Assembly: GCF_964355755.1 (NCBI RefSeq)
Contig: NC_092672.1
Location: forward strand, 7,998,001-8,062,000
Length of the DNA stretch: 64,000 bases
Direction: 5' to 3'
Source of the DNA: Antedon mediterranea
Lineage: Eukaryota; Animalia; Echinodermata
The notes under the pieces were generated by a model that did not search any database, was not told where the DNA came from, and saw only the letters and a program-made list of their open reading frames with translations. Positions 61,401 to 64,000 of this stretch are shown piece after piece. Each line of letters begins with the position of its first letter. The stretch's first letter is position 1. A program made the position numbers and the translations under genes.

Positions 61401-64000
61401 ATAGCATGCATGTTGACCTTTGAGTAACGTGACCTCTACATACCAGACATAATGATTTTCACATAAAACAATGACAATGAATTATAATCACAAGACAAAT
61501 TGTGAACTTACAATTTTTATCCCCAACCGCAAATATCAAACGCTGATCGCAAAGAGTACAAAATGATTTTATTTTGTTTCTTGTTATAAACATTCATAAA
61601 ATCAACAGCTGTATCAAAATTAATTGTTCTTCAAAGCAATTGTATAGCGTGGAATTTTATTCAAAGAAATTATGACATTAATAATTATAATTAAATCTGT
61701 AAAGAACGAAAAAAGTTAAGCGAATTATCTCCTTGACCTTACCCACTCTTGCGGCATTAAGTCAACTAGTATTATCTGAACACTTTAAAACTAAAACCAA
61801 TATACCAAATAATTACTCCTAATTACTGTATAATAATTTAGCGTAATTATTCTTCGGATCAATAAATGATTTAAAATTTAGTAATAGTACTCTGACCACA
61901 ATTCACCGCTAACCCTCCCCTTCTCTAAAAACCTATCAAAAGCTCTAATAGGCAGCTTCAGTTTACGACTAGAAATTAGAAATGTTTAATCACTGTGCGC
62001 ATATGGGAACATTGTTGTATGTTTTTCTCGTTTGCTCAACAATTTGCTATTTGATGTTTTTGTGGATTCTTAGTGCACACGATGACCTACGACAAACGCA
62101 GATCCTACCTATATAGGCCATCGCAAATCGAAAGCTGGCTATTGATAAATATCGCCCTGATACTTGTGAACTAAATCTACCTGTAATTTCTATAGATATC
62201 CTTGAAATACATATTGATACAGTAAATTAAATTTACCTGTAAATTAAAAACCGACATTGTCATTGTTAATTTTTGCAATTTTTTTTCACTTTGCCCTTCA
62301 AATCAATTCTTATCTAGCAAAGATGGAAATATTAAATATGAGTTGTAATTTTTATTTAATTGCTAGTAATTGGCTATTTCCTATCACCTTTCATTATCTG
62401 TATTTCAAGAATGTTGCTACAATTGTATATTTATTTGTTGCCATTTTTCTTTTAAACAAAAGATTTTTATTTATCATTTATTTATTTGCCAACAAATAAA
62501 AAACAGATATAAAAGGCAAAGAAATACCAAAACAGGTGCTAAACACTATCCTTTGCTGAACCAGAAACAAACAACTAAAAACAAACTATCATGATCTATA
62601 ATTACAACATCTAAAGAAATTGACAAATTGAAAATATTTCAACATAAAAAAAATTGACAATAAACAGGACATGCTGTAGATTAATTTAATATGAGAATAT
62701 CACACTTTGTATAAAGACAGAGATTGCCATACTTGATACAAAATAACAAGTATGTAATGTTATATTATTCATTATAAAATTGTTTCGATTATCAATCATA
62801 ATTTTTGTATGGTTTTTGTTGTGATTGAAAAAAAAAAAAAATAAATAAATAAATATATCCCAAAAATCACTTTTAGAACAGTGGCAACATACTTAAATAT
62901 TAGTGGTGCAATCAAATTTGGAAACTTAAGCTTCACAAAATAAAAACATTATATCACCAAAGAAATAAGAATTTAACACACACAGAAATTAATAAAATAA
63001 TAAATAAAAACAATGAATAAAAAAAATAAAAATATATGAAAAAATAATTGTAATATAATAAAATAATTAATGATAAACAATTTAAAAACTATAGCCTACA
63101 GTAGACATTCGTAGATAAAAACAACAAAGGTGTATTATGAATGGTGGACAACGATCTGCTCGTCTCACCTGAGGTGAGCCTTAAAACGGACAGGTGATAT
63201 CAACAGAAGATGCGGTTGCGTCTTGACGGCCAGCTTATATTCTGAGAAAACCATAAAGATAGGATTCCCAAGGCCTCGTTTCTTCAGCTATGTTGGTTAT
63301 AGGTTTAGAAGACAAGGGCTTATTTTAAGTTTTGACCTATCACAATCAAGTCTTTTGGGTATGGTTGGTTGGCTTAGAATGTAACTAGAGATTGTAGTAT
63401 AGACTTTAAAGTAAAACAATATATAAGTTGTAATAATGTAAAAGGTGTTCTGTATGAATCAGAATAAAAATAGTGATAGGTTCACAAAGTTTTACTTTTG
63501 ATAAAGTACAATGGGTTATACAAAGAATTTTATTCAACTTATCATAAACTTTGGTTTCATATTTAATTTGTCATAATTTTTTTTAATGCTTTCTAGGCTA
63601 ATATTTGAACTAAAATGCCACAACATAATAAATATCATAAATAAAATGTCTAATACAATAACATTATACTACACACATTTTCTTTAAAAATGTATTTAGA
63701 ATAAATGAAACTAAATTTTAAAACATTGTAAATTGAATTCATAAATAAAATATGACAAATACTGACAAACATTTTGTTGGTACAGGTTTTTTTCTATTTA
63801 TATGTTTTCTATCTTTATTTTTTTTAATTTTTGTTCTCATAGTAAATAAAATGCTTCATTAAAAATTGTCTTATGTTGTTTCTTCCTTAATCAGCAAATT
63901 TCAGCCCGCTTTATATTAATAAACTATAGACAAAACAACTGAAATTAAGTTTTGACACTTAAGCTTCTAAAAAATTAAATCTATTTTAAACTAAAATGAT

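Larger units (their letters stand above)
49878..64000 (-). other. Probable intron 1 of the Prdm3/16 gene; short exon 1 not found in window
   Basis: Ends in a T-rich tract plus AG acceptor at 49879-49878 on minus. No MRSK-ARKL-like first exon recognised. Confidence 0.55.

Noticed and set aside
1302-62594. Remaining 60-120 aa ORFs in the track
   Set aside because: F/I/L/K/N-biased translations typical of AT-rich non-coding DNA, many with non-ATG starts, no recognisable domains.

Overview
AT-rich (roughly 30% GC by eye) animal genomic DNA, almost entirely non-coding. The repeat landscape and the over-represented TAGGCCTA palindrome suggest an invertebrate deuterostome such as an echinoderm (inference). 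The only host coding sequence I can support is one 281-bp minus-strand exon (49597-49877) encoding the N-terminal part of a PR/SET domain that matches exon 2 of the Prdm3/16 family (MECOM/PRDM16/hamlet), with the same splice phases. The rest of the window is therefore probably giant introns 1 and 2 of that gene. Upstream of the exon, antisense to the gene, is a very young Gmr1-type Ty3/Gypsy LTR element (54804-58458). It has apparently identical 460-bp LTRs, a 5-bp TSD, a tRNA-Leu PBS and a PPT, and its single open ORF keeps SCAN-like Gag, zinc knuckle, protease and the integrase zinc finger but lacks integrase core, RT and RNase H. The introns also hold Harbinger-type and pogo/Tc1-type MITEs (one nested in another), a minisatellite grown out of a MITE sub-repeat, two 30-36 bp P-element-like palindromes with TSDs, tRNA-derived SINE remnants, a degenerate Penelope-type hammerhead ribozyme, a 35-bp tandem repeat, and many CpG-retaining islands rich in CAGGTG/AGGTG and Su(H) motifs that look like an enhancer landscape. 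No prokaryotic features or CRISPR arrays are present. All motif counts are hand counts and family assignments come from recalled motifs, not database searches.
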